32,000 nucleotides of DNA from Micromonas sp. (lineage: Eukaryota), in the NCBI GenBank assembly GCA_000090985.2, contig CP001330.1, positions 1,113,874 through 1,145,873 of the forward strand, written 5' to 3'. Shown here in pieces: positions 1 to 8,748 of this stretch. The stretch's first letter is position 1, and each line of letters opens with the position of its first letter. Under the pieces are notes generated by a model. That model did not search any database, had not been told where the DNA came from, and saw only the letters and a list, made by a program, of their open reading frames with translations. The position numbers and the translations under genes were made by a program.

Positions 1-791
1 CTCGGTCGCTCGAGCGCGAGCGCGAAACGGTTTTCGCCGGCTACCAGTTTTTGCTCGAACCTCGCCGCCGGCGCGTCCACGTACCCGAGCACCCTCCCGT
101 CGCACGGCGGCAGCAGGTGGAATACCTTCACCCCGCGCACCACACAGTACACGTTCTCGTAGTGGTCCCTGTGGAACGTCGTGTGCGATCGTTCGTCGCC
201 GATCCACAGGTTCACCGCGTCCGGGCGTTTACCCAGCGCCTGCGACGCGAATGGAATCTCGTCGGCGCAATCGTCCACCAACGACGGGAACTCCTCGAGC
301 AGGCTGCCGCACTGCCTCGACACGTACGGCACCGCGGGTCGGCGGGACGCGTGCGCGTTCGCATCTGGATCCTCCGTCGGCGTCGCCAGCATCGTCGCGA
401 ACTCCCGTAACGTCATCTCCCTCTCCTCGGGTTGAACAAACACCTCGCCGGGCTTCATCTCGTCGTCCCCGAGGCCCGACACGGTCCAGCCGTCCGTGGA
501 GAGGAGGGCGTCTCCGCGTCCGTCAGGCGTCACGTTCACGGAGACCTTAGCGTCGCCCATCGCGTCGGCGAGGTAGTCGAGGTTCCATCGTTCCATCGCG
601 GGCCAGTCATCAAAGGCGCCGGTGATGACCGCGGGCCGATTCGACGAGACGTGGTCTCGGAGGAAGCCGATGGGTGACGGCGAGTGGACGCGAGGGACGT
701 GGGACACCAGCTCGTGCACCTCGCGCGAGAGCCACGCGAAGAGGTCGCGCGCGTTCGCGGCCTCGCCGTTCTCCGCTTCCCCGTCGCTCAT
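1..791 (-). CDS. JMJD7: JmjC/cupin-fold oxygenase, JMJD7-like. The N-terminal ~263 aa are in the window and the CDS runs off the window start.
   Basis: My own translation of the minus strand from the ATG at 791..789 gives MSDGEAENGEAANARDLFAWLSREVHELVSHVPRVHSPSPIGFLRDHVSSNRPAVITGAFDDWPAMERWNLDYLADAMGDAKVSVNVTPDGRGDAL...YVSRQCGSLLEEFPSLVDDC..ALGKRPDAVNLWIGDERSHTTFHRDHYENVYCVVRGVKVFHLLPP. This follows the JMJD7 pattern recalled from memory (VSVAVTPDGYAD, YVQKQCSNL, ALGK-PDAVNFW-G, HKDHYENLYCVV-G-K-F-L-PP). The ORF is not in the supplied track because it has no stop codon inside the window. Confidence 0.85.
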   Translation of the reverse strand, partial: MSDGEAENGEAANARDLFAWLSREVHELVSHVPRVHSPSPIGFLRDHVSSNRPAVITGAFDDWPAMERWNLDYLADAMGDAKVSVNVTPDGRGDALLSTDGWTVSGLGDDEMKPGEVFVQPEEREMTLREFATMLATPTEDPDANAHASRRPAVPYVSRQCGSLLEEFPSLVDDCADEIPFASQALGKRPDAVNLWIGDERSHTTFHRDHYENVYCVVRGVKVFHLLPPCDGRVLGYVDAPAARFEQKLVAGENRFALALERP

Positions 792-1032
792 CCCGTCGGG
801 GTCGCGGAGGAGCACCGAGCGGTGCACGGTGCGTACGCTTGTGGTCCACTTGCTGCGGACTAACTAAGGAAGCCAATTTACTACGGTAGGCTACTCTGCT
901 GCCAGTTGGAAATAGGAGCTCGCGCCAAGCCTAACATCGATGCCATCCGCCGGGGGTACCCGCGAAAGAGACTCGGAAGACAATCCGATTCATCTACGAC
1001 CATGACGACGAGAACTATGATATGGTCTCTCA

Positions 1033-2815
1033 TCACTTGCTCGCGGCTTCGTTCACGAGCTCAGCCGCGACGAACGCCCTGAGCTCCCCGTGCTTCACCT
1101 TCCACGCCGCCGTCTCCTCCTTCGCCGCCTTGGCCTCAGCCTCAGCCGCGGCGAGCCGCGCCTTGAGCTCCTCGACGTCATCGCCCCTCGCCGCGGTCGA
1201 TCCCCCCCGGCCGCCGACGCCACCGCCGCCGCCGACGTCGCCGACGCCGCCGCCCTTCTCGAAACCCTTCGCGCGCTTCGACCCTTCGCCGCCATCCCGA
1301 TCAAACGTCGTCACCTCGTCGACACCTCTCAGGACCGCGCCGACGCACCCGCCGCGCATCACCGTCGGTGCACCCTCCCACGACCGAATTGTACCCTTAC
1401 CCGCCGACCCGACCCCTCCTCCGCCTCCTCCGCCCGTCGCGAACCTGCTAAACGGAGCCAACGGCGCGAGCTTCCTCTTCTCCCCGACTCCGTCCTCCCC
1501 GGCGATCCTTCGCCGCGGAGCCAGCGCCAGCGCGGAGAAGGCCAACCCCCGCGGGTGCCTCAGCACGTGCGTGGTCTGCCGCGACGCGACGTCCCACACC
1601 CGACACGTCCCGTCGTCCGACGCGCTCACCACGCGTTCGCCGTCGGCGGTGCACGCGAGCGCGGATATTGAGCGGGTGTGTCCCTCCAACGTCGCCGCCG
1701 CGCCCGACCGTCCGTCGCTCCGCCCAACACCCGTCGAACCCGTCGCCGCGGCCTCGCCGATCGCCGCGGACGCGTTGAGCGGCACCTCGAACACGCGTCC
1801 GTCGACGGCGCCGGCGTAGAGCGTCGCCTCGCACGCGTCGATCGCGACGGCGCCGATCGCCGCCGGGAGCGAGATCGTCCGCAGCAGGTGTCCCCCGCCC
1901 AGGGTCCAAATCTTGCACGTCCTGTCCGCGGATCCCGAGACGACGAGCCCGGCGCCGCCCCCGTCGCACTGACCGACGGTGATGGCGGTGACCGGGAGTG
2001 AGTGTTCCGCCCACGAGTGCGCCGGCGTCGGCGAAGGGTGCGAGTTTTGGGCCGGGTCGAGCAGGGTCGCGAGGGTCCACGCCGATACCACCGTGTCGTC
2101 CCCCCCGGTGACGAGCACCGACCCGTCGGGGGTGAACGCCATCGCGGATACCGCCTTGAAGTGCGCGGGCCACGTGCGCAGGAGCTTGCCCGTGGCGCAC
2201 TCCCACACGTACGCGGCTCCGGTGAGGGATCCGCCGGCGAAAAAGGCTCCGTCGGGTGACGACGCCACCACCCCCATGGGCTCGCCCACGAAGAACTTGT
2301 GCAGCGCGGACTCCTTGTCCAGCCCCCACACGTCGAGCGCGTTCTTCGACACCTGCGCGCTCACTGCGTCGGGTGGGAAGGGGGGAAGAAAACGGGCGGG
2401 TCAGTCGGGGAAGGGACGGAGCGGGGTGAAGACGCGGAGAAGGGCGACGGAATCTGCCGCCGCTCCGCGAGCCGCCGCCGCGGCGGACGGGTCGCGGGAT
2501 CGCGCCGAGCGCTCACCGAGGTAGTCTTCGCCGAGCTTGCACAGCCCGCCGCGGCCGCACGCCGTCGTCCTGATGCGTGGAGAGGATGGAGTAGGAGGTC
2601 AGTCGGGTCCGTTACCCGTCGGGGCCGGCGCCGCCTCGCCGTGCGCCCATCGTCGTGGTTCGTCGGCGGCTCGGCGCGGGGAAAAACGGGAGAGGCGCGA
2701 CGCACTTGTACGCCTTGAGCTGCATGCCCGTGCGCACGTCCCACGCCTGCACGGGACCCTCCGCGCTGCTCCCGGTGAGCACCACCTCATCGAGAAAGTT
2801 GGCGACAGCGGTCAT
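1033..2815 (-). CDS. WDR18: WD40-repeat protein WDR18/Ipi3-like (pre-rRNA processing/rixosome family). Three exons: 2815..2706, 2569..2517, 2363..1033.
   Basis: The track ORF 1033..2364 holds WD40 repeats (YVWECATGKLLRTWPAHFKAVSAMAFTPDGSVLVTGGDDTVVSAWTL; GHTRSISALACTADGERVVSASDDGTCRVWDV), a Gly-rich linker and a C-terminal coiled coil, which matches WDR18 architecture. The N-terminus is recovered by splicing. Exon 1 encodes MTAVANFLDEVVLTGSSAEGPVQAWDVRTGMQLKAY and ends before donor GTGCGT. A 53-nt exon (K)TTACGRGGLCKLGEDYL lies between acceptor CATCAG and donor GTGAGC. Exon 3 follows acceptor GACGCAG. The reading phase is conserved across both junctions, giving ...EDYL-V-SAQVSKNALDVWGL. Confidence 0.85.
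2364..2516 (-). other. Intron 2 of the WDR18-like gene (153 nt)
   Basis: Donor GTGAGC at 2516..2511. CTGAC branch motif at 2404..2400 followed by a pyrimidine-rich tract. Acceptor CAG ends at 2364. Confidence 0.8.
2570..2705 (-). other. Intron 1 of the WDR18-like gene (136 nt)
   Basis: Donor GTGCGT at 2705..2700. CTGAC branch motif at 2602..2598. Acceptor CAG ends at 2570. Splicing restores the frame and similarity to the WDR18 N-terminus. Confidence 0.8.
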
Positions 2816-2989
2816 CGTCGGAGCGCGTCGCACGAGAGGCTGTGTGGCGCTCTGTCCACCGTCGGTGAGCTTTTCGTGCTCGTCACGAACCCGCGCGAGA
2901 AAACGAACTTCCCGAGAGAGAAATCAGTTTTGTCGGCCGCCCGCGCAGAACCCCGCGCGCCTTAGGGACCCGCACGGCGAGAGAGAAGC

Positions 2990-4822
2990 ATGGGCAGGGG
3001 AAGCGTCGCGGTACCTTCACGCGCAAAGGCGAAGAGCGGCGGGATCGTTTGCTGCATGAAGCCCGCGGTTTCGCTCGGAACCCCGACGCCACAGGGCAAA
3101 GATGCGTTTCGTCGCGCCTCCGCCGGTGCCCCTGATGCGTTGACAAGCGCCGGTGGAGACCCGTCAGGGTCCCAAGAGACGCGCGAGAACGGCGCAAAGA
3201 GCGTTAAATCCTCAGGTTCGACCAGATATACCGTCGCATCGGCATCCTCCCGCGCGGTCACGTCCCAACCTCCCCCGACGCCCCGTCCCCCTCTCGGCAC
3301 CGGCTCCGGTATTTCCGAGACGTCTAAATCTGAGCTCTTTCCCCCCGACCCGAAACCTTCAGGGACGCGCACGTCGCATCGAAGGAGCCCGCTCGGGGAC
3401 GTTTCCAACGTCAGCACCACCCCGGATGACACCGCGGCGAAGCTCCACCGCGGTTGGGGGAGCGGGAGCTTCCACGCGTCACCGCCCGACGACGAGAAAC
3501 CCGACCGATCCCCGGCGTTGGAACTGGCCGAGAGGGCGCTGTCCACCGCGAACGGCCTCCGCGACCTGTCCCAAGTCCTGTCCCCGGCCTACGCGTCTCC
3601 CGGCATCGTCGACGGCGCCCACGGCGATGTTGATAACGAGCTCGATCGGGTGTACGGGCGGTACAAGGCGCACGCGGCGACGCGGACGCCCGGGTTCGCC
3701 GAGGACGATCGACCCAAACCGGCGACGTGGGCGACGAAACAGCCCGGTGAGTCACCGCCCGGTGAGTCATCACCGCCGGAGAGCTCAGCCGTTTCACAGC
3801 CGTTTCCCGCCGGCGCCGCAGTCACGCTGGCGCACGCGCTCGGTCGATGGAGGGAGGCGTCGTCCGTGTCCGCGGTGCGATCCGTCGCGAAGCGAGAGAA
3901 GGACCAGCTCACGACGCTCCTCAGGGAACAGGCGGACGCGTGCGACGCCGAGGTGAACGCGCTCACCGCCGAGATTGAGGACCTGATGGAGGCGCTCGCG
4001 GAGTCGGGGTCGGAGAGTTCGAGGCTCAGGTGGAGGTGGTCGGCTCGCGCGGGTGTGCTGGCCGAGAGGTGCAACGGCTACAGGCGCGAGGCGAACAGGC
4101 TGCGGGCCAAGGCGAGCGGGCTCGAGTCGCAGCTGTCGAGCGTGGAGGCTCACATCGCCGACGCGGCGAAGGACTTTGAGGTGCTGAGGGAGAAGCTGAA
4201 CGAGTCGAGGAGGGAAACGGAACGGGCACGAGCCGGAGAGGACGAGGCGAGACGGCAGCTCGTCGCCGCGCAGGCTGCCGCCGCGGATGCCATCGCCGCC
4301 GCCGCGATGGTCGCGGCTTCTCCAAACGCGATACGCGCGGACGTCTCCAACGACGCCATGCGCGAAGCGATGAGGAAGCAGCTCAAGGAGGAGTTACGCG
4401 CCGAGGTTGAGAGGGAAGTCAGAAACGAAATGGGGACGTCCGGTCGCGATGCGTCCGCAGACGTCCACGCGCTCTCCGGGTCAGTGGCGAGATCCGTCGA
4501 GTCGTTGCTTCACGGCGGAAAGTCGGCTCAGGTTCGGCAGTTATCGGCTGCCCGCATGGAAGCGACGCAACGGTGCTCGAGTAACCTGGCGGCGATGAGG
4601 GCGGCGGGTGTCGAGACGCTCAAACTCGACGAGGACGAATCCCGTGGCGGCGTCGAGTCGGCAGAGCTCATCAGCCTGATTGCCGCTCACGCGTTGCAGC
4701 GTTGCGAGGCGCACCCTCACGGGGACGGCGCGAGGGCGTTCTACAGGGCTGCGAGGAGGGTGGAGCTCGCCGCGATGGCGTGCCAGCCTCAGTACAAAAA
4801 GCGTGACGGTCGACGGACGTGA
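2990..4822 (+). CDS. Hypothetical protein with an S/T/P/G-rich, probably disordered N-terminal third and a long C-terminal coiled coil
   Basis: A 610-aa ORF starting at a true ATG (2990). From about 3550 onward the third codon positions are very GC-rich. Heptad-like Ala/Glu/Arg-rich segments are present (REKDQLTTLLREQADACDAEVNALTAEIEDLMEALAES; LESQLSSVEAHIADAAKDFEVLREKLNESRRETERARAGEDEARRQL). I recognise no family. No in-frame ATG lies between 3056 and about 3990, so the long N-terminus belongs to the gene if the gene is unspliced. Confidence 0.55.
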   Translation: MGRGSVAVPSRAKAKSGGIVCCMKPAVSLGTPTPQGKDAFRRASAGAPDALTSAGGDPSGSQETRENGAKSVKSSGSTRYTVASASSRAVTSQPPPTPRPPLGTGSGISETSKSELFPPDPKPSGTRTSHRRSPLGDVSNVSTTPDDTAAKLHRGWGSGSFHASPPDDEKPDRSPALELAERALSTANGLRDLSQVLSPAYASPGIVDGAHGDVDNELDRVYGRYKAHAATRTPGFAEDDRPKPATWATKQPGESPPGESSPPESSAVSQPFPAGAAVTLAHALGRWREASSVSAVRSVAKREKDQLTTLLREQADACDAEVNALTAEIEDLMEALAESGSESSRLRWRWSARAGVLAERCNGYRREANRLRAKASGLESQLSSVEAHIADAAKDFEVLREKLNESRRETERARAGEDEARRQLVAAQAAAADAIAAAAMVAASPNAIRADVSNDAMREAMRKQLKEELRAEVEREVRNEMGTSGRDASADVHALSGSVARSVESLLHGGKSAQVRQLSAARMEATQRCSSNLAAMRAAGVETLKLDEDESRGGVESAELISLIAAHALQRCEAHPHGDGARAFYRAARRVELAAMACQPQYKKRDGRRT

Positions 4823-4863
4823 CGTAGCTCGCTCTTTTCATTCGTAATACATGCAACGCTTAA

Positions 4864-7425
4864 TCATACACGAAACCTTCCGCCGGGCACCGACACGGGT
4901 CTGGCTCCCGTGATGCCGAGTCCGAGCCCATCCGCCGCGGCGGGTTTCCCCGCGCTGACGCTCGTCCTCTTCTGCTTGCCCGTGGACGCTTCAACTCGAG
5001 TGACGTCCACGCTGGACGCCATCGCGAAACTCTTGGTGCCGACGGCAACCTTCTCGACCTTGACCGGCACCGGCGGGCGCCTGGAGGACGGAGCCTTATC
5101 CCTCGCCTTTTGCGACTCCTGTTCCTTCGCCAACGATCTGTTAGTGCGCAGCGCGGGACCGGCACCGAACCCGGTCCTCGCCGCGGGCTTGGCCTGCTCG
5201 CCCGCGACGTCCATCTTGAGCATCAGCTTCTCCACGTCCGCCACCGTCGGCGTTCTACCCTTGGCGATTGTCCCGGTGACGCCCCGCCGTCCGAGCTTGG
5301 CCTTTGCGGCGGCGGCGGCGGCAGCCTTGGCTGCGGCAGCCGCTGCCGCCGCGGCGGCCTGCTGCGGAGTCACCGAGGGAGACACGGGTTGTGTTTTGGC
5401 CTCCTTCGCCGCGGCGAGCGCGTCCATGGTCTTTTTACCCATCAGTCGCTCGTACGTGGTGGTTTGAATCTTGGAAGTTGTCTTTGACTTTCGATCGTCT
5501 TCGCCGTTGCCCTCGTTGGAGGATGCGGAACTTCGTCTGCTCGTCGCGGTCAGACCGTGCGCGTTTTGCACCAGATCCGCGTCAATCATGCGGTCCAGGA
5601 GGGTCTTGTCGTACGAAAATCCACTCCACCATCCGCCCTTGTCTCCGCCCGACGCGGTCCTCGCAACGGAGGCGAGAGCCGCGACGTCCCCAACGCGACC
5701 GGTCCTGTTCTTATTCTCCAACGCCATGTCGATCACTTTCTTCCACCCGTCGCCTGTGGGTTGCCTCCGACCCGTCTTTTTGAACAGCAAGCGCACCTCC
5801 GTCTCCGTCGCTTTCCTCAGCGCCTGTTTCTTGGCTCGTTCCATCACCTGGTTGAGGTTGTGCGGCTGGCCCTTGGTCTCCCACAGTTCCTTGCACGTCT
5901 GCAGGAGCTGCTCGTACGTAGCCTGACGCTCGGGATCCGTCGAAGGACACGCGATCTCGTACGAGCCGCTGTGTTCCTCCTCCCACTTTTCGCGTTCGCG
6001 TAATAGCCTCTCGCGCCTCGTCTGTAAGCGCTCCTCGCGGGTTTTGCCATCCTCGCTCGACGCGCTTCCGGTCCTGCTCCCCGTCCACTTGCCCGCGAAT
6101 AGACGGGACATGGCATCCGCCTTTGCCTTCTCCTCCATCTTCGCCAGAGCCTTGGCGTCGATACCCACGAGGTCGATCGTGTCGCTGATGAGGTCCTCCT
6201 TGACGGCGAGGTCCAGTGGGGTGTCCGTGGTGAACGACGGCGAATGATTCACCTCGATGAGCCAAGGCTTCAGGTCCTGGTCCATCATCACGTCGAGACC
6301 CAGAATCTCGAAGCACGAGTACCCGTCGTTAGTCTCGGGGGGCAGAGCCTGCTTGTAGTTATACGCCAGCGCTGGCTGCGCGCTGATGACGGTCTTGACG
6401 ATCAGGTCCTTGACCTCGGCCCACATCTTGTTAAAGTCCAGATCGGAGTCCTCCATCCACTGGCGGAGGCCGTGAATCGTCCACTTGGATCCCGCCGCGT
6501 CGCTGTCGCCATCCTCGTTGAAGACGAAGTTTTCGTTCTTCTTGTTCACCGCGTAGTTCGTCAGGTGCATGTACGCGGTCTTGAGGTTCGAGGACTTGGG
6601 CGCCTCGTACTTCTCCGTGCAGAACCGCGCCAAGCCGTCGTCAAACAGGAATATCCGCAGAGGATCGGCGCACAGCACGAGGGCGTACACGCGAAGATCG
6701 AACTTGTATCCGTCGATGAGCAACGGACGGTCCAGGTACCGCTGCGCCACGACCGGTGCCCTGGTCCTGCCGACGTTCTCCCCGCCTCCTCCCAGGGAAT
6801 CGAGCGCCTTGCACGCCTGTCGCTCGTCCTGCACCAGAGAGATTCCCCTCCCCTGGCATCCGGCGTCGGGCTTGAGGATGAACGTCTTTCGCCTGGACTT
6901 CTTGGCGTCGTCGACGGTCCTGAACTCCTCCAAGAACTCTTCGAGCTGCGCGGGGAGGTTGTACGTCTTCGGAGAGAAGTCGAACTCGTGCGGGTACACA
7001 ACCTCGAGCCGCGCCAGGTTCCTCGCGAGGCTCCTCTTGCGGCATATTTCCAGCATGCCGACAAAGTGGTTGATCTTCTGACCGGGCTTCAACCGCATGA
7101 GGCGGTCGGCGGTGATGGACGTGTCTGTCCAATACAGGTTCCACGCGTCCGGATCATCATCGTACACCTCCTTCCATCCCAGTTTGGACTTCACGGTCCT
7201 CAGCAGGGGGTACTTACAGCTGCTCAGGTTGATGGCGACGGTGCTCGTCCCGCCCCGTTTCCTCGCCTTCTTGGACGCGGCGCGGAGCATATCGCTGGGG
7301 CTGTAGGAGGGGTGACCCGGCGAGTGCTGGTGGTTGAGCCGCTCATTATCCGAGTTGGACGTCTCCGACGAGCTCGTCGACGGGCGCCCCGAGCTGGAGC
7401 GCGAGCTCGCGGACCTCGGCGCCAT
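4864..7425 (-). CDS. Tubulin-tyrosine-ligase-like protein (TTLL6-like tubulin polyglutamylase) with a long low-complexity, poly-Ala C-terminal tail
   Basis: An 853-aa ORF starting at a true ATG (7425..7423). It carries the TTL-domain hallmarks: CKYPLLRTV..LGWKEV.DDDPDAWNLYWTDTSI...LKPGQKINHFVGMLEICRKRSLARNL, FILKPDAGCQGRGISLV, VVAQRYLDRPLLIDGYKFDLRVYALV, RFCTEKY, YMHLTNYAVNK, CFEILGLDVMMDQDLKPWLIEVNHSPSF. Confidence 0.9.
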   Translation of the reverse strand: MAPRSASSRSSSGRPSTSSSETSNSDNERLNHQHSPGHPSYSPSDMLRAASKKARKRGGTSTVAINLSSCKYPLLRTVKSKLGWKEVYDDDPDAWNLYWTDTSITADRLMRLKPGQKINHFVGMLEICRKRSLARNLARLEVVYPHEFDFSPKTYNLPAQLEEFLEEFRTVDDAKKSRRKTFILKPDAGCQGRGISLVQDERQACKALDSLGGGGENVGRTRAPVVAQRYLDRPLLIDGYKFDLRVYALVLCADPLRIFLFDDGLARFCTEKYEAPKSSNLKTAYMHLTNYAVNKKNENFVFNEDGDSDAAGSKWTIHGLRQWMEDSDLDFNKMWAEVKDLIVKTVISAQPALAYNYKQALPPETNDGYSCFEILGLDVMMDQDLKPWLIEVNHSPSFTTDTPLDLAVKEDLISDTIDLVGIDAKALAKMEEKAKADAMSRLFAGKWTGSRTGSASSEDGKTREERLQTRRERLLREREKWEEEHSGSYEIACPSTDPERQATYEQLLQTCKELWETKGQPHNLNQVMERAKKQALRKATETEVRLLFKKTGRRQPTGDGWKKVIDMALENKNRTGRVGDVAALASVARTASGGDKGGWWSGFSYDKTLLDRMIDADLVQNAHGLTATSRRSSASSNEGNGEDDRKSKTTSKIQTTTYERLMGKKTMDALAAAKEAKTQPVSPSVTPQQAAAAAAAAAAKAAAAAAAKAKLGRRGVTGTIAKGRTPTVADVEKLMLKMDVAGEQAKPAARTGFGAGPALRTNRSLAKEQESQKARDKAPSSRRPPVPVKVEKVAVGTKSFAMASSVDVTRVEASTGKQKRTSVSAGKPAAADGLGLGITGARPVSVPGGRFRV

Positions 7426-7824
7426 GTCGTCGCGCGAACTGTTTTCCGAGAGTCACAAACGCTCTCTCCGGAACCCGCAGATTCCCCCCTCCAATGCCGC
7501 GCGCGAACACCTCTACCTCGCGCGCCGCGGATGTGCCGACCGAGAGGAGAGCTTCACGATGCACCTCGACTCGTTCGGTCGCTCTCGGCTCTCCGGGATG
7601 GCGTCGCTGCCTCGGCGCTTGTGCCGGCGACCGCGTTGACTTTCCCCCTCTGCATTTCGTGACGCTCATCATTTTCCGCGCTGCGAGCCGCGAAATCCAC
7701 TTTTTAGGTTATGGGACCCCTGAAACACGTCACTGGATAAGCCCACGCGACCGGCGGCCTGGACCGCGCCATTGACAACGACGCCGACGACGTTCTCGCC
7801 GACGCCCGAATCCTAACAGTAGAC

Positions 7825-8537
7825 ATGTCTACCGTCACCGCATTCACCACCTTCACCGGTCTCAAGGCCGCCCCCCAGGTGCGCGAACCCCGCGATCCCA
7901 GCGCCGCCTGAGCCCGCCTTCAGGGTTTGAGGGTTTTGGACCGCAGCATCTTTCGTCCGTCAATTGAGCTGACCGAGCCTCCCCCGCTTCCACGATACAG
8001 GGCGTCCGCACCACCAAGGCTGTCGCCGCCCGCCCCGCCGGCCGCGTCGCCCGCCTCAACGTGCAGGCCAACAAGAAGGTTGCCAAGAAGACCTCCGTCG
8101 TCCTCATCAAGGACGTGCCCAACTACGGCAGCGCCGGCGACGTCGTCAACGTGTCCATGGGTTACTTCCGCAACAACCTCGAGCCCTTCGGCATCGCGAA
8201 GAAGGCCACCGGCGACATCCTCGCCCAGGTCGCCGCCGACGCCGCCGCCCAGGTTGCCGCCAAGCAGGCCGAGCAGGCTGGCGCCAAGGCCATCGCCACC
8301 GCGCTCCAGACCATCGGCAAGTTCGTGGTGAAGAAGACTGTGGGTGAGGACGGCAAGATCTTCGGCAGCGTCACCACGCAGGACGTCGTCGACGCGGTGA
8401 AGCAGCAGACCAGCAAGGAGCTCGACAAGAAGGCCATGACCGTGCCGGATATCAGCGAAGTGGGCACCTACGAGGTCACCGTCAAGCTCCACCCCGAGGT
8501 GACCGGCAAGTTCAACCTCGAGGTCCAGAAGGCGTAA
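7825..8537 (+). CDS. RPL9: Bacterial-type 50S ribosomal protein L9, organellar (probably plastid) precursor. Two exons: 7825..7878 and 8001..8537.
   Basis: Exon 2 encodes KKVAKKTSVVLIKDVPNYGSAGDVVNVSMGYFRNNLEPFGIAKKAT...GKIFGSVTTQDVVDAVKQQTSKELDKK...EVGTYEVTVKLHPEVTGKFNLEV, which is the bL9 N- and C-domain pattern. The track start at 8061 is a GTG. An upstream exon, ATG 7825 MSTVTAFTTFTGLKAAPQ followed by GTGCGC, joins in phase to GVRTTKAVAARPAGRVARLNVQANKK. The result is a Ser/Thr/Ala/Arg-rich, transit-peptide-like N-terminus. Confidence 0.85.
7879..8000 (+). other. Intron of the L9 gene (122 nt)
   Basis: Donor GTGCGC at 7879. CTGAC branch motif at 7969..7973. Acceptor ATACAG ends at 8000. 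The alternative acceptor at 7946 would bring in an in-frame TGA. Confidence 0.8.
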
Positions 8538-8748
8538 TTGTTTGCAGACGATGTAGCGCGCAGCGGGAGATTTAGAGTTGACCATTTTTTGGATGGCGAT
8601 GGGACGGATCGCTTGTTAGAGGGGGGGGAGGAGCAGAGCTCCGTGTCGCCACGTGCGGAGACGACGCGCGTCGTTTCGGCGGCGATGAAACAACAGAGGC
8701 AAATGTCGATATCATTACAGTCGAGTCCTTTGAACGGTTCGCGCGCCG

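Noticed and set aside
1022-1819. A 265-aa plus-strand Pro/Ser/Ala-rich ORF, and other ORFs in 1090-2720, opposite the WDR18-like gene
   Set aside because: The minus frame carries WD40 repeats and a spliced, conserved N-terminus. The plus-frame products are low-complexity.
2962-3546. A 194-aa minus-strand ORF overlapping the 5' third of the coiled-coil gene. Part of it looks somewhat protein-like (TVYLVEPEDLTLFAPFSRVSWDPDG).
   Set aside because: It shares wobble positions with the plus-strand ORF, which is the classic shadow frame. It begins at a GTG, with no ATG until near its end. The plus ORF has a true ATG and is the only way to initiate the clearly coding downstream coiled-coil region. 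I cannot fully exclude that it is an exon of a spliced gene.
3743-3760. The 18-nt string cccggtgagtcaccgccc is shared exactly with 10049-10066 in a different gene. It contains the GGTGAGT splice-donor consensus and a TGAGTCA (AP-1/GCN4-like) palindrome.
   Set aside because: In both places it reads through in frame as P-G-E-S-P-P within proline-rich segments. No suitable branch site or acceptor follows at a plausible distance. Identical codon choice under strong codon bias can produce such a match. With only two copies there is no evidence for a repeat family or introner element.
5290-5365. A GCN-rich run (gcggcggcggcggcagcc...) that might be a microsatellite or regulatory element
   Set aside because: It is the in-frame poly-Ala tract (AAAAAAAAAAKAAAAAAAKA) of the TTLL C-terminal tail on the minus strand. 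It is imperfect and codon-mixed.
6244-7662. A 472-aa plus-strand ORF antisense to the TTLL gene, plus several 100-200-aa ORFs in 4860-7700
   Set aside because: The minus frame encodes a complete TTL domain. The antisense translations are Arg/Leu/Val/Gly-rich with no motif, and several begin at non-ATG codons.
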